This document shows, piece by piece, positions 17,610 through 26,149 of a stretch of DNA of 43,103 nt. Every line of letters starts with the position of its first letter. The first letter of the stretch is position 1. A program made the translations under genes and the position numbers. The notes under the pieces are model-generated. The model had not been told where the DNA came from, made no database searches, and was given only the letters and a program-made list of their open reading frames with translations. The stretch spans positions 1-43,103 of the IMG/VR virus record IMGVR_UViG_3300032257_000031, one strand, 5' to 3'. Origin of the DNA: a virus (Duplodnaviria > Caudoviricetes).

Positions 17610-17626
17610 ATAATGAGGAAGATATT

Positions 17627-17983
17627 ATGCAACCATACGACATAAAGAGAATGAAAAAGGATGATCTGCTTGAGTATGCCTTAAATGCCCGCGATGAGCT
17701 GATAGACGCTCAGCGATACAATAAAGCGGAGCAAGATAAAACAAGCAAGCTAAGAAAAGAGCTTAACAAAAGCAAAGAAAATGCATTGCTTGTTAATTTT
17801 GCAATAGATACACAAATAAGAGCAGAGTACCCGCAATTACAGCTTTTACAAATCCCGCCAGAGCAAAGACCGGATGACATGGAATTTACACCACCCGATA
17901 GATGGTATGATTTCCTTGTCTGCTTGAGAAATAAACTGTCTGATGTGTATATTGGAGACACTAATCGTCGCGAGTTTTATTAA
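17627..17983 (+). CDS. Hypothetical protein
   Basis: GAGG RBS; ORF track. Confidence 0.6.
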   Translation: MQPYDIKRMKKDDLLEYALNARDELIDAQRYNKAEQDKTSKLRKELNKSKENALLVNFAIDTQIRAEYPQLQLLQIPPEQRPDDMEFTPPDRWYDFLVCLRNKLSDVYIGDTNRREFY

Positions 17984-18001
17984 TGATTAAGGGGAATAAC
18001 A

Positions 18002-18220
18002 ATGAATCAGTTTAGATTTTGTTTTCATCCGTGCTTTGAATCAGATGATAGCCACTTTGAGTCTGCTGTATGCGGCTCGTATGATGCAGCAAAGAGCCGG
18101 ATGGACGCTGTGGCTGATTACACTTTGTATCTGCATAACCATGATTTGATGCACGATCATTCTAATTTTGGATGGGTAGAGCAGAAAGTAGGCGATGAAT
18201 GGATCGCTTTTGATGAATAA
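18002..18220 (+). CDS. Hypothetical protein
   Basis: GGGG RBS; ORF track. Confidence 0.55.
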   Translation: MNQFRFCFHPCFESDDSHFESAVCGSYDAAKSRMDAVADYTLYLHNHDLMHDHSNFGWVEQKVGDEWIAFDE

Positions 18221-18246
18221 CCCCATAAACCAATAAGGAGAGCAAG

Positions 18247-18546
18247 ATGGCTAAGCAAACAAAAATAACTAAGTCGGCTCGCAATCAGCCATGCCTTATC
18301 CGCATCCCAGGTGTTTGTAATGGCGTAGATGAAACTACCGTACTATGCCACCTTAACGGGGGTGGTATGGGAATGAAAAGGGCGTCTTATGAGGCGGCCT
18401 ACGCTTGCAATAAATGCCATGATGCTATAGACTTTAGGTCTAAGACAAAATATTCGGCAGAGGAGTTGAAGCTATGGCATCTGGAAGGGGTGATGAGAAC
18501 GATAAAGATTCTAGTGGAGAAGGGGTTGATAGTAATAAACGAATAG
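18247..18546 (+). CDS. DUF1364 (YbcO-like) nuclease-family protein
   Basis: SARNQPCLIRIPGVCN...TTVLCHL...GMGMK...AYACNKCHDAID. Confidence 0.85.
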   Translation: MAKQTKITKSARNQPCLIRIPGVCNGVDETTVLCHLNGGGMGMKRASYEAAYACNKCHDAIDFRSKTKYSAEELKLWHLEGVMRTIKILVEKGLIVINE

Positions 18547-19085
18547 AAAAAGAGTGCAGGTTTTGTAAAAAACTATTTAGCCTTCCAAGATGCAGGGACT
18601 ATAGAGACCACTATTGCAGCAGGGCTTGCGGAAATAAACATAGAGAAGCCATAAAGCAGAGCAGGAAAGCCAAGTGCCCGAATTGCGAGAAAGAATTTAT
18701 AGCAAGAAATGCGCAATTAAGAGATGGGAATAAGCCGTATTGTTCCATTAGCTGCATAACAAAAGGGAAAAAACAAAAAGAAGATCATAAGCGTAAGCGA
18801 CTAGAATCATATATGAGAGGCAATCACCTACATCCAAGCGGGGCAGATGTTCATAACTGGAAAGGCGGAATTGCTCTTACTACGCAAGGGTATTATAAAT
18901 ACTCTGCTGGTGAAAATGCCGGAAGAAATGTACATACGGTTTTAATAGAGCAAAAGATTGGCAGAAGAATTACCAACCAAGAAGTTGTACATCACATTAA
19001 CCATGTAAAAACGGATAATCGAATAGAAAACCTGCGGCTAATGACTAGAGCAGAACACATGAGACATCATTTGCATGAGTCTTGA
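18474..19085 (+). CDS. HNH homing endonuclease with N-terminal Cys4 repeats
   Basis: CRFC..YCSRAC, CPNC..YCSISC, NWKGG, EVVHHINHVKTDNRIENLRLMTRAEH; GAGGAG RBS at 18460. Confidence 0.88.
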   Translation: MASGRGDENDKDSSGEGVDSNKRIEKECRFCKKLFSLPRCRDYRDHYCSRACGNKHREAIKQSRKAKCPNCEKEFIARNAQLRDGNKPYCSISCITKGKKQKEDHKRKRLESYMRGNHLHPSGADVHNWKGGIALTTQGYYKYSAGENAGRNVHTVLIEQKIGRRITNQEVVHHINHVKTDNRIENLRLMTRAEHMRHHLHES

Positions 19086-19143
19086 AGGGGTGGCAAGAAC
19101 GTTGCCCATATTGTTTGAAAAAGGGTTGCTGGAGGTTAAGTGA
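19081..19143 (+). pseudogene. Displaced original 3' end of the DUF1364 gene
   Basis: LEGVARTLPILFEKGLLEVK* parallels LEGVMRTIKILVEKGLIVINE* at 18481-18546. Confidence 0.8.
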
Positions 19144-19352
19144 TGATAAAATTTTGGATGGCATTCTCATTCTTTTTTGTTGGCGTTAATTTTATTCTAT
19201 ATATCGCGGTTGCTTATATTTTTTGTAATCTATCGTGGATGCCGCATATATCATCATGGGGTAACAGTGCTAGAGGATGTTTTCTTCTTTTGGAGGCGGT
19301 TATTTTATTTTACTCCGTTATCTACGCCAACCTCCCTTGGAATAAAGCATGA
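19140..19352 (+). CDS. Small two-TM membrane protein
   Basis: Two hydrophobic segments; GGAGG RBS. Confidence 0.55.
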   Translation: MMIKFWMAFSFFFVGVNFILYIAVAYIFCNLSWMPHISSWGNSARGCFLLLEAVILFYSVIYANLPWNKA

Positions 19353-19386
19353 ATCGCATAAACAAAACATAACCGGAGGTGAAATA

Positions 19387-19677
19387 ATGAATATTAAAGC
19401 AGGAATGATGGTTGAGATTGTTGATACAAAGATAACGTTAGGCGCTAACGTGGGTCTTGATGATACCGCCTTTCTAGGTCATGTCGGCAGAGTGTTGCGG
19501 CCGTGTAATCGTCACGCAGATGCATGGGATATTGAGGGTGCAGAGAGATCGTCTACCGGAAATGCAAGATCTTTTTATAGCGGGGCGCTGCGCCCCATTC
19601 CTGACCAACAAGAACTATCATCATGGGAAGCCATACAAGAACTAACTAAATGGCATCCCCAAAAGATAGAAGCATGA
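19387..19677 (+). CDS. Hypothetical protein
   Basis: GGAGG RBS before ATG 19387. Confidence 0.6.
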   Translation: MNIKAGMMVEIVDTKITLGANVGLDDTAFLGHVGRVLRPCNRHADAWDIEGAERSSTGNARSFYSGALRPIPDQQELSSWEAIQELTKWHPQKIEA

Positions 19678-19816
19678 AACACATAGCTAAAGCATGTTTA
19701 TGCGGCATAATGTGGGCTATCGGATTATTAATGGCTTTGGTGGTTATGATTGAGATTAATAGCTATATTAGTAAAATGTGGTAAAATGTGGCTATGATAA
19801 CGAATAGACATGGATT

Positions 19817-20008
19817 ATGGATACCTTTAACCCTGAGTTATGGGGATACAAGAACGTGCGAGCCGAGCCGTTTGGTAACGGATGGATCGTTGTCGCAAAA
19901 GATCTACCAGTACTGATTGACGAAAATAATACTGGTGATTGGTTTTGCCCGACTCCAGCGTTTTACGAACAAGATTTTATTCCGGTAGCGCGGGCTTTAT
20001 TTGGCTAA
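19817..20008 (+). CDS. Hypothetical protein
   Basis: ORF track. Confidence 0.5.
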   Translation: MDTFNPELWGYKNVRAEPFGNGWIVVAKDLPVLIDENNTGDWFCPTPAFYEQDFIPVARALFG

Positions 20009-20024
20009 TTAAAGGTGTTTAAGC

Positions 20025-20231
20025 ATGAGAATGTCACCAAAGCGGCGCGAAACCATAAAAATGCAGATAGAACATGCCCTTAACATCGGCATGAATGTGT
20101 GCTTTGTTAGCAATAACGGATCGGCAAGAGAAAGGCGCGTTAATGGCATGACCCTGCATAAGTGGGAGTCATTTAAAATCAAAGGGATCAAACCCGACCT
20201 AATTATTTGTGATGACATAGGTGTTAATTAA
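20025..20231 (+). CDS. Small protein carrying a terminase-like Walker-B segment
   Basis: KIKGIKPDLIICDDI vs TerL KIRG...RPGLIICDDM; AAGGT RBS; TAATG coupling to the Q-like gene. Confidence 0.65.
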   Translation: MRMSPKRRETIKMQIEHALNIGMNVCFVSNNGSARERRVNGMTLHKWESFKIKGIKPDLIICDDIGVN

Positions 20232-20812
20232 TGAACTCTGATATTATCTCGCACCTTAACCCTAAAACACAGACCATAGCGGCTACTATAGGCGGCTACG
20301 GAGGACTTAAACCAGAAGATATATGTCATGCCCTATCTGGCCTAAATAAAGGCTCATACACGCTAGGACTCGCCATGCACGGATATGAGGACGCCAGAAA
20401 AGATTTAACAAATTGTTTGATCGAATCAATCCAAGACAAAATAAAACCGCTCGGCACGAATTACACTAGAATATTAGCCTTAATCGCAGTACATGAAGAA
20501 ATTGGCGATAGCCCATGTCAAGTATGCAAGGGGCGCGGATTCGTTTATAAGCAAATAGAACACCCCGATCAAATAGCAATGACTGAAAACGGACTACTTC
20601 CAACGCCATGCACCGCACCGCAATGCGTAGAAGGCGGATATAGAATGACAGACCGGGAGCGCGGCGAACTCATAGCCGAAGCGATAGATCAAAATTACAC
20701 CCAATCAGCATGGCGTAACGGCTGGTCATGGGATTTATCCGAAGCACTTTCTACGCTGTCAGAATGGCAGCATAAACTTAATATTCATTTAGGCGTGAGA
20801 CTGGAAAGATGA
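20231..20812 (+). CDS. Q-like late antitermination protein
   Basis: CQVCKGRG...C...C Zn finger; position at the end of the nin-like region. Confidence 0.55.
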   Translation: MNSDIISHLNPKTQTIAATIGGYGGLKPEDICHALSGLNKGSYTLGLAMHGYEDARKDLTNCLIESIQDKIKPLGTNYTRILALIAVHEEIGDSPCQVCKGRGFVYKQIEHPDQIAMTENGLLPTPCTAPQCVEGGYRMTDRERGELIAEAIDQNYTQSAWRNGWSWDLSEALSTLSEWQHKLNIHLGVRLER

Positions 20813-20997
20813 TCGGATTAGCCCAGATAAAGCCGGAAGGATATGCTTGCATTGTCACATGCCATAGCAAGGGCTATAAATTACCCTATATCAGTAATTG
20901 TCGCGGTGTTGTCGTGGACAATCAGGCTTACACCATGAAGGAATATTCTCGACTATATGTTAAACAGCAGCCATTTTATAAGGGAGCGCAGATATGA
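20809..20997 (+). CDS. Small protein starting with a capsid E-loop-like motif
   Basis: GLAQIKPEG; ATGA overlap with the Q-like gene. Confidence 0.55.
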   Translation: MIGLAQIKPEGYACIVTCHSKGYKLPYISNCRGVVVDNQAYTMKEYSRLYVKQQPFYKGAQI

Positions 20998-21143
20998 AAA
21001 TTAGACGTCTTGATGTTGGCGACGAATTCAAAATAGCCTATTTTCTTGGTATGCGCGCACTCAGAAGGATCGGACATTCAAACAACAAAATATTGAAAGA
21101 TATATTTAAAAAACACCCATTTTATAGAGGCACAGGGCAATGA
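20994..21143 (+). CDS. Hypothetical 49-aa protein (not in ORF track)
   Basis: ATGA overlaps at both ends; GGAG RBS. Confidence 0.5.
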   Translation: MKIRRLDVGDEFKIAYFLGMRALRRIGHSNNKILKDIFKKHPFYRGTGQ

Positions 21144-21460
21144 AAAGACGTTCATTTTTGAAATTATTAGGCGGTGCAGCAGTAGCGGCAACAGCGCCAG
21201 GCGTAGCTATAGAGGCGGCGGTTAAGCCAGAGATTAAGAAAAGTGCAGGGGTAGCGGATAAAAGCAGCCTTGGCCTAGCCGAAATCAAGCAAGAAGGAGT
21301 GGTTGTTAAAAGTGAATTTGGAAATGCACTATGGCCTGGCGCAGAAAAATACTATAAAGCATCTTATGATACCTATAGCCATGAATTGGCTAAAGCATTG
21401 GCTGAATCAATGCGAGAAACACAGAAAAAGGTCGTGTCCAATGTAAAATATGGCTTTTAA
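21140..21460 (+). CDS. Tat-signal protein composed of permuted major-capsid segments
   Basis: MKRRSFLK plus hydrophobic stretch; ALWPG, GLAEIKQEG and ALAESMRET match the MCP. Confidence 0.8.
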   Translation: MKRRSFLKLLGGAAVAATAPGVAIEAAVKPEIKKSAGVADKSSLGLAEIKQEGVVVKSEFGNALWPGAEKYYKASYDTYSHELAKALAESMRETQKKVVSNVKYGF

Positions 21461-21515
21461 GTAGATTTATATCGCAATAATTGCTACTATTAACTAAACA
21501 ATTCCCCCGTTCCCC

Positions 21516-21535
21516 GCCCCTTTTCAGGGGCTTTT
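21516..21535 (+). terminator. Rho-independent terminator
   Basis: GCCCCT-tttc-AGGGGC-TTTT between convergent operons. Confidence 0.6.
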
Positions 21536-21562
21536 GAGGTATAAAGACCAACTCGCTTGTAT

Positions 21563-21712
21563 TTAGGCGTTATCTAATTGCTTTAGCTTACGAAGTGCTA
21601 CTTGGTAAGCGATATAAAGCGGTAACGCTGGCGGCTTATTAACCGGACAATCGTACTCATAGCCAAAGGCCTTGATATATTGCTCACGCATGAATTTTTC
21701 ACCTTGTTTCAT
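21563..21712 (-). CDS. Hypothetical 49-aa protein (not in ORF track)
   Basis: MKQGEKFMREQYIKAFGYEY...; GGGGA RBS. Confidence 0.45.
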   Translation of the reverse strand: MKQGEKFMREQYIKAFGYEYDCPVNKPPALPLYIAYQVALRKLKQLDNA

Positions 21713-21763
21713 TGTATTCCCCTTATAAGCCCACTAGCCACAATCGACTAGGGGCTATATTGT

Positions 21764-23944
21764 TTATTTATCGATAACGACTAGAACAGTATTGATTCCC
21801 GTTCCTGATTCTTTGAAAGATCCCTCTGGAAGCTCTATTTTTTCGCCCCCAAGATTATCGAACCAAGCGCGGAAAGCTTCGCACTTCTTATCGGAGCGGA
21901 AAAAAGGGCTAGGTGACATGATAGCCACAAGCCGACCGGTATCGCTTAGCTGTTTATACGCCCGCATGACATGATCAACATCTTGCAGGTTTTCAAAAGG
22001 CGGATTCATTAAAACACGATCATAAGTTGTTATTTCTTCCCATTTAACGGTTAAAAAATCACGCTTTTCTATCAAATAGTCTTTAGCGTCGGCTATTTCC
22101 GCTAGTGTGTGATTGATTTCAAAGCCTTTTACCTCAGAGCAAAGAGGCGCAACCGCATCGGCAATAGAGCATGATCCTAGATTCGGCTCTAGTATTCTGT
22201 GATGTGGTTGAATATCGGCATAATCTATCATTAAATCGATAACGGCTTTAGGTGTTGGGAAATAGCCTGGTATTTTAGAGAATTGCAGCCCGTCAATGGT
22301 GCGTTTTAGCTCCTCGGCTTGCTTTTGTTCTTCGGTCTTGCCAGTAATCAAAGACCAAAGCGCAACGGCTTCGGGTGTCGTGTGGTGTGGCTCGCCAGTA
22401 CATACAGAGTATGAATGATAACCATTAGGGATATTTGTTTTAACTGTTCCCATAAGATCAAATACGGCTTTTTTGCTGGTTATATTGGCAAGCACAGCGG
22501 GAACTGTTCCAGCATCGTGCATATCAGCCAAGCCTAAAAGGGCTTGCTGTGTTCTTTGCAGCTTTTCCCCCTCTAGGCGTGAATGGTTAGCCTGCGCTAG
22601 TCGTTTTGCTGTATTGGTCGGACGATCTGCAAGCTTGTTGTCGATAACCGGCTGCATTTTGTCAGCCATTGCGCGGAACTTCTCGCCCATGCCCTTGCGG
22701 GGCTTTGGTGGCTCATCGTTTGGGGATTCACCAGACAGAGAAGCAAGAAAAGACTCGGCGCGCTCTTTATCTTCAAAGGCAAAGCCGCCAGGCGTTGATC
22801 CCCATTTGCGAGAGTACCAACCACCAGCGGCCTTGGCATCGTTTCGCACTTCGTTGAAGGTGTCACGATCTAGCCTTGTATCAGGAACAACCATATACAT
22901 GACAAAACCTTTTTTAGTATGTGTGTGCTCCTCAATGTGGGCTTGAATTAAGCTAGAAGATCGAGCAACGGCAGGAGCCGCCACAACTGGCGCGGCTTCA
23001 AACTCAGCCACATAGGATCCTGTTTCTAGGCTCACGCCTTTATAATTGCCGGAAATATCGACACCAGACAGGGCTTGATAAACAGCATCAGACAGCCATT
23101 GACCGCCAATACGCGCATTATTTTCGTATTCGACGCCATAAGACAGGCAAATGTCTTGCCCTACTAGGGTTTTAACTGATTCGCTAATGGTGCGTGACTC
23201 GATTACATACTTAGATTGACCAAGTACAGTAGAAACAGCGGTAGAATATGCGCTATTATCGTTTTCGTAGATGTCATCCATGCCGTTAAAAGATCCATAT
23301 TGATACTTATCAGTGATCTTTTTAATTTCTGAGGCTGGCGCGCCATCCGTCCAGGATACGCTGATAGAGTTACCCATAGAGAAACTATCGGAAGTGACAG
23401 AAAACTTAATATGGGGATAAGCTTGCTTAAGCTCCTTTTTCATATTCTTAGCCGCCCGCGCATGGCTTGACATTCCAGCGTCCAAGCCAATAGCCCACGG
23501 ATACAAGGCGCGAAGCTCATCGGCTTTAGCAGATACCTGGCGAGACTTGTCGGCTTGTTCGGCTTCTCGCTCGCGGTTTTGTTCGGCTATCTCAGCTTGT
23601 CGATCTGTTCTTTGCTCAGGTGTTTCGCGGTTGTCATCTATCGGCATTGCTTCGCGGGCAACTGGCAAAGCGCCTTTAACGGCTTCAATAACTTGATCGG
23701 CGTTATCCTTAGTGATCATCCAGTCGAACTGATCGCCAATTTCACAAAAAAGATCCTCGGCTTTTTGGTTTTCAGTACCCGAAAACATAGTACTAATAAT
23801 ATACTCAGATTCATCTACGCCAGTGACACCAGACTTTTGCAGCCGCTCAAAGCGTAACCGGTCAAGTTCTTTTATAGCGTGCATAGCATTTTTGTGCCAT
23901 TGGTGGCGGTTAGTTGTTCCTGCTGGTAGTTGAAATTTATTCAT
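21764..23944 (-). CDS. Polyvalent protein: LPD29-like domain plus N6-adenine DNA methyltransferase (DarB-like antirestriction candidate)
   Basis: AAKNMKKELKQAYP.IKFSV.S....GNSI.VSWTDG (LPD29-like); YFPTP, ILEPNLGS, VLMNPPF, GRLVAIM, LPEGSFKESGT. Confidence 0.85.
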   Translation of the reverse strand: MNKFQLPAGTTNRHQWHKNAMHAIKELDRLRFERLQKSGVTGVDESEYIISTMFSGTENQKAEDLFCEIGDQFDWMITKDNADQVIEAVKGALPVAREAMPIDDNRETPEQRTDRQAEIAEQNREREAEQADKSRQVSAKADELRALYPWAIGLDAGMSSHARAAKNMKKELKQAYPHIKFSVTSDSFSMGNSISVSWTDGAPASEIKKITDKYQYGSFNGMDDIYENDNSAYSTAVSTVLGQSKYVIESRTISESVKTLVGQDICLSYGVEYENNARIGGQWLSDAVYQALSGVDISGNYKGVSLETGSYVAEFEAAPVVAAPAVARSSSLIQAHIEEHTHTKKGFVMYMVVPDTRLDRDTFNEVRNDAKAAGGWYSRKWGSTPGGFAFEDKERAESFLASLSGESPNDEPPKPRKGMGEKFRAMADKMQPVIDNKLADRPTNTAKRLAQANHSRLEGEKLQRTQQALLGLADMHDAGTVPAVLANITSKKAVFDLMGTVKTNIPNGYHSYSVCTGEPHHTTPEAVALWSLITGKTEEQKQAEELKRTIDGLQFSKIPGYFPTPKAVIDLMIDYADIQPHHRILEPNLGSCSIADAVAPLCSEVKGFEINHTLAEIADAKDYLIEKRDFLTVKWEEITTYDRVLMNPPFENLQDVDHVMRAYKQLSDTGRLVAIMSPSPFFRSDKKCEAFRAWFDNLGGEKIELPEGSFKESGTGINTVLVVIDK

Positions 23945-23976
23945 TATATTACCCTCGTTTTATGGTTGTATTAGTG

Positions 23977-24168
23977 TTATTTATAGTGTGAATTATTGGC
24001 AAGGTTGCGAGAAATAACGCCGGAACGCTCTAGGCTGTCGATATAATCAACATAAACCATGCGCGTATCGGCTGGCTGTTCGTTTTGAGGCTTTCCGCGC
24101 CGTAACTCGATGTTATTCTCACGACAAAAGGCACGAAATGAAGTATTAACTTGCTTTAAACTGTTCAT
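23977..24168 (-). CDS. Hypothetical protein
   Basis: DTRMVYVDYIDSLERSGVIS; GGGG RBS. Confidence 0.6.
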   Translation of the reverse strand: MNSLKQVNTSFRAFCRENNIELRRGKPQNEQPADTRMVYVDYIDSLERSGVISRNLANNSHYK

Positions 24169-24271
24169 AATTAACCCCTTATTTTTTCAATTGCTTCACA
24201 TATAGCAGTCATAACCATAACTACTACGATAATTATTGATGCGATTATTAGAAATTCCATAATATACCCCT

Positions 24272-24460
24272 TTATGCGTTTATGTCTTGAATGTAATACT
24301 GGCTAACAGCAGAAACAAAATTATCTATCTGCAATAAACGAACGCCTAAAGGGCTGTCATAGTAAAACTTACGGGCAAGCTCTAGATCTTCGACCTTTGC
24401 GGGCTTATGGTCTAAAGCGACTAGCTTATTAAATACTGCTTTTGTGATTTCTGAGTACAT
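24272..24460 (-). CDS. Hypothetical protein, first gene of the inverted cassette
   Basis: GAGGA RBS. Confidence 0.6.
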   Translation of the reverse strand: MYSEITKAVFNKLVALDHKPAKVEDLELARKFYYDSPLGVRLLQIDNFVSAVSQYYIQDINA

Positions 24461-24671
24461 GGTTAGATCCTCTTGATTGACGTTATAAACAGCTTAGAGA
24501 AGAAAAGAACATAAATATAATGAAAAGATTCTATACCCACATAAACAGATTTAATGAGGAGGTGATTTATATCTACCAATGACATTACAGGCGACAAACT
24601 ACAGTCAAAGCCTAATACAAAAGCATACCGCGATAACTTCGATAAGATATTTAATAAAGGAGACAAACCCA

Positions 24672-24830
24672 ATGCCGAATCCAAGCTACAGCAACAAAAC
24701 CGGAACCAGCGCAATAGGTAATGCTAAGAAACTATTAACAGGCGCAACGGCACGAATAGACAAAGCCCTTAAAGAAGCCAATCCACACGAGAAAGGCACT
24801 AAACGTTTCTATAAACATGGTGGTAAGTAA
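24672..24830 (+). CDS. Small basic protein upstream of TerS
   Basis: AAGGAG RBS; ATG 24672. Confidence 0.5.
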   Translation: MPNPSYSNKTGTSAIGNAKKLLTGATARIDKALKEANPHEKGTKRFYKHGGK

Positions 24831-24831
24831 T

Positions 24832-25317
24832 ATGACACAAGGTAGTAAGTACTCAGATGAGATTAAAGATCAAGCCGTTATTGAGTATTGCATTACAGGC
24901 AATGTAGAGAAGGTATGTAAAAGCATAGGGGTGCCTAAACGTACTGTTTATGAATGGATAACTAAGCAATGGTTTATTGATAAGCTTGCAAACCTCCGCA
25001 CCGAAAAAGATCAGGAGTTAGACGCCCTTTACACGGAGACAATACAGTTAGCCAAAGAAAAAGCCCTAGAACGCTTACGGGACGGGGATTACGCCAAACA
25101 CGACGCCGACGGCAATGTACTATATAAGCCCGTATCCGCTAAGGATTGCACGATGGTGGCCGCTATTGACTGGGATAAACGCACGTTACAACGTGGTGGC
25201 GTAACCAGTCGGACAGAAAAAGTGAGCACTGACAAGATGTTAGACGGGTTAACGGAACGGTTCACGCAAGTGTCTAACCTGGCCAAGTCACAAGACGATG
25301 AGCAGGTTAAACATTAG
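24832..25317 (+). CDS. terS: Terminase small subunit (HTH type)
   Basis: KYSDEIKDQA...GNVEKVCKSIGVPKRTVYEW HTH, then helical region; upstream of TerL. Confidence 0.65.
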   Translation: MTQGSKYSDEIKDQAVIEYCITGNVEKVCKSIGVPKRTVYEWITKQWFIDKLANLRTEKDQELDALYTETIQLAKEKALERLRDGDYAKHDADGNVLYKPVSAKDCTMVAAIDWDKRTLQRGGVTSRTEKVSTDKMLDGLTERFTQVSNLAKSQDDEQVKH

Positions 25318-25320
25318 TAC

Positions 25321-25536
25321 ATGCTTAATAACCCTGAATACGCCCTTACAAGCCCTGTCAGCCACGATCTATCATTAGTGATGGCATTGCATAACCTTGC
25401 TATTGATTGCACGCTCACGGCCTCATACGGCGCATATGGTATCCAATACACCATAGATACAAGGGAACATCTGCCAAGCTATCAGGCTATGCACGCTACA
25501 AGCCGCACCATACATAGGCAGTACCATGATGGATAA
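25321..25536 (+). CDS. Hypothetical protein (weak capsid-like motif YGIQYTIDTRE)
   Basis: ORF track. Confidence 0.35.
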   Translation: MLNNPEYALTSPVSHDLSLVMALHNLAIDCTLTASYGAYGIQYTIDTREHLPSYQAMHATSRTIHRQYHDG

Positions 25537-25610
25537 GACTGGCGCGCTACGTGTTACGGCTGGCGAAGGGGTGAACGGGCTACATCATGCGGTAAACTGT
25601 TGATTTCTAA

Positions 25611-25646
25611 GGGTGGGGGCGGGAACATCTGGAGGGGGCGGGAGGG
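25611..25646 (+). other. G-tract cluster; candidate packaging-initiation region
   Basis: GGGTGGGGGCGGGAACATCTGGAGGGGGCGGGAGGG downstream of terS. Confidence 0.35.
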
Positions 25647-25693
25647 AGCGTATTACCCCTTCCCATACTTTAACCAAAACAAAAGAGGCCTTT

Positions 25694-25954
25694 ATGATTC
25701 GTGATATTGATATTTATCCTCCAGACAAAGACGTTATTGAGAAGCTAGAAGACTTGCTAGAAGGCGCTAAGACAGGAGAGATTCAGTCTGTAGCCTTTGT
25801 TACCTCTAAAGGAAACCTGCTAACAGGCAATGGATGGGCGGGCATGTGTAAGAACAACATGGCTATCATAGGGGAGCTAAGATGCTTAGACCAAGAGCTA
25901 TTAGATTTCTTTGTAGAGCGACGAAAAGAGCCTGTTTTTTACGATGAGGACTAA
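25694..25954 (+). CDS. Hypothetical phage protein
   Basis: GAGG RBS; VIEKLEDLLE.AKTGEIQSVAFV. Confidence 0.65.
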   Translation: MIRDIDIYPPDKDVIEKLEDLLEGAKTGEIQSVAFVTSKGNLLTGNGWAGMCKNNMAIIGELRCLDQELLDFFVERRKEPVFYDED

Positions 25955-26095
25955 ACCCCCATATTTTTTTAGCATTTTTCTCAATTTTGCGTTTTGAGAA
26001 TCTCTTTAGATTCCCATAGCTTAGTTACCCCCTTCTCAGTACAGATATACCGAGGGGTAAAAATAAAAATTTCCCTTCGGGAATAGTGCTGGTAT

Positions 26096-26123
26096 TAGAC
26101 CATTGCGAGATATGTGCTATCAT
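26096..26123 (+). promoter_or_regulatory. Putative extended -10 promoter upstream of the 26150-27134 genes
   Basis: TAGACC-16 bp-TATCAT with TG at the extended position. Confidence 0.3.
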
Positions 26124-26149
26124 CAATTAACTTCAATGAGGTTTGAGAT

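Noticed and set aside
19985-20008. VARALFG as a copy of the MCP C-terminal DVRAVYG
   Set aside because: Too short to distinguish from chance.
22473-23857. Plus-strand ORFs within the methyltransferase gene, and similar antisense ORFs across the genome
   Set aside because: Antisense shadows of well-supported genes, with no motifs or RBS.
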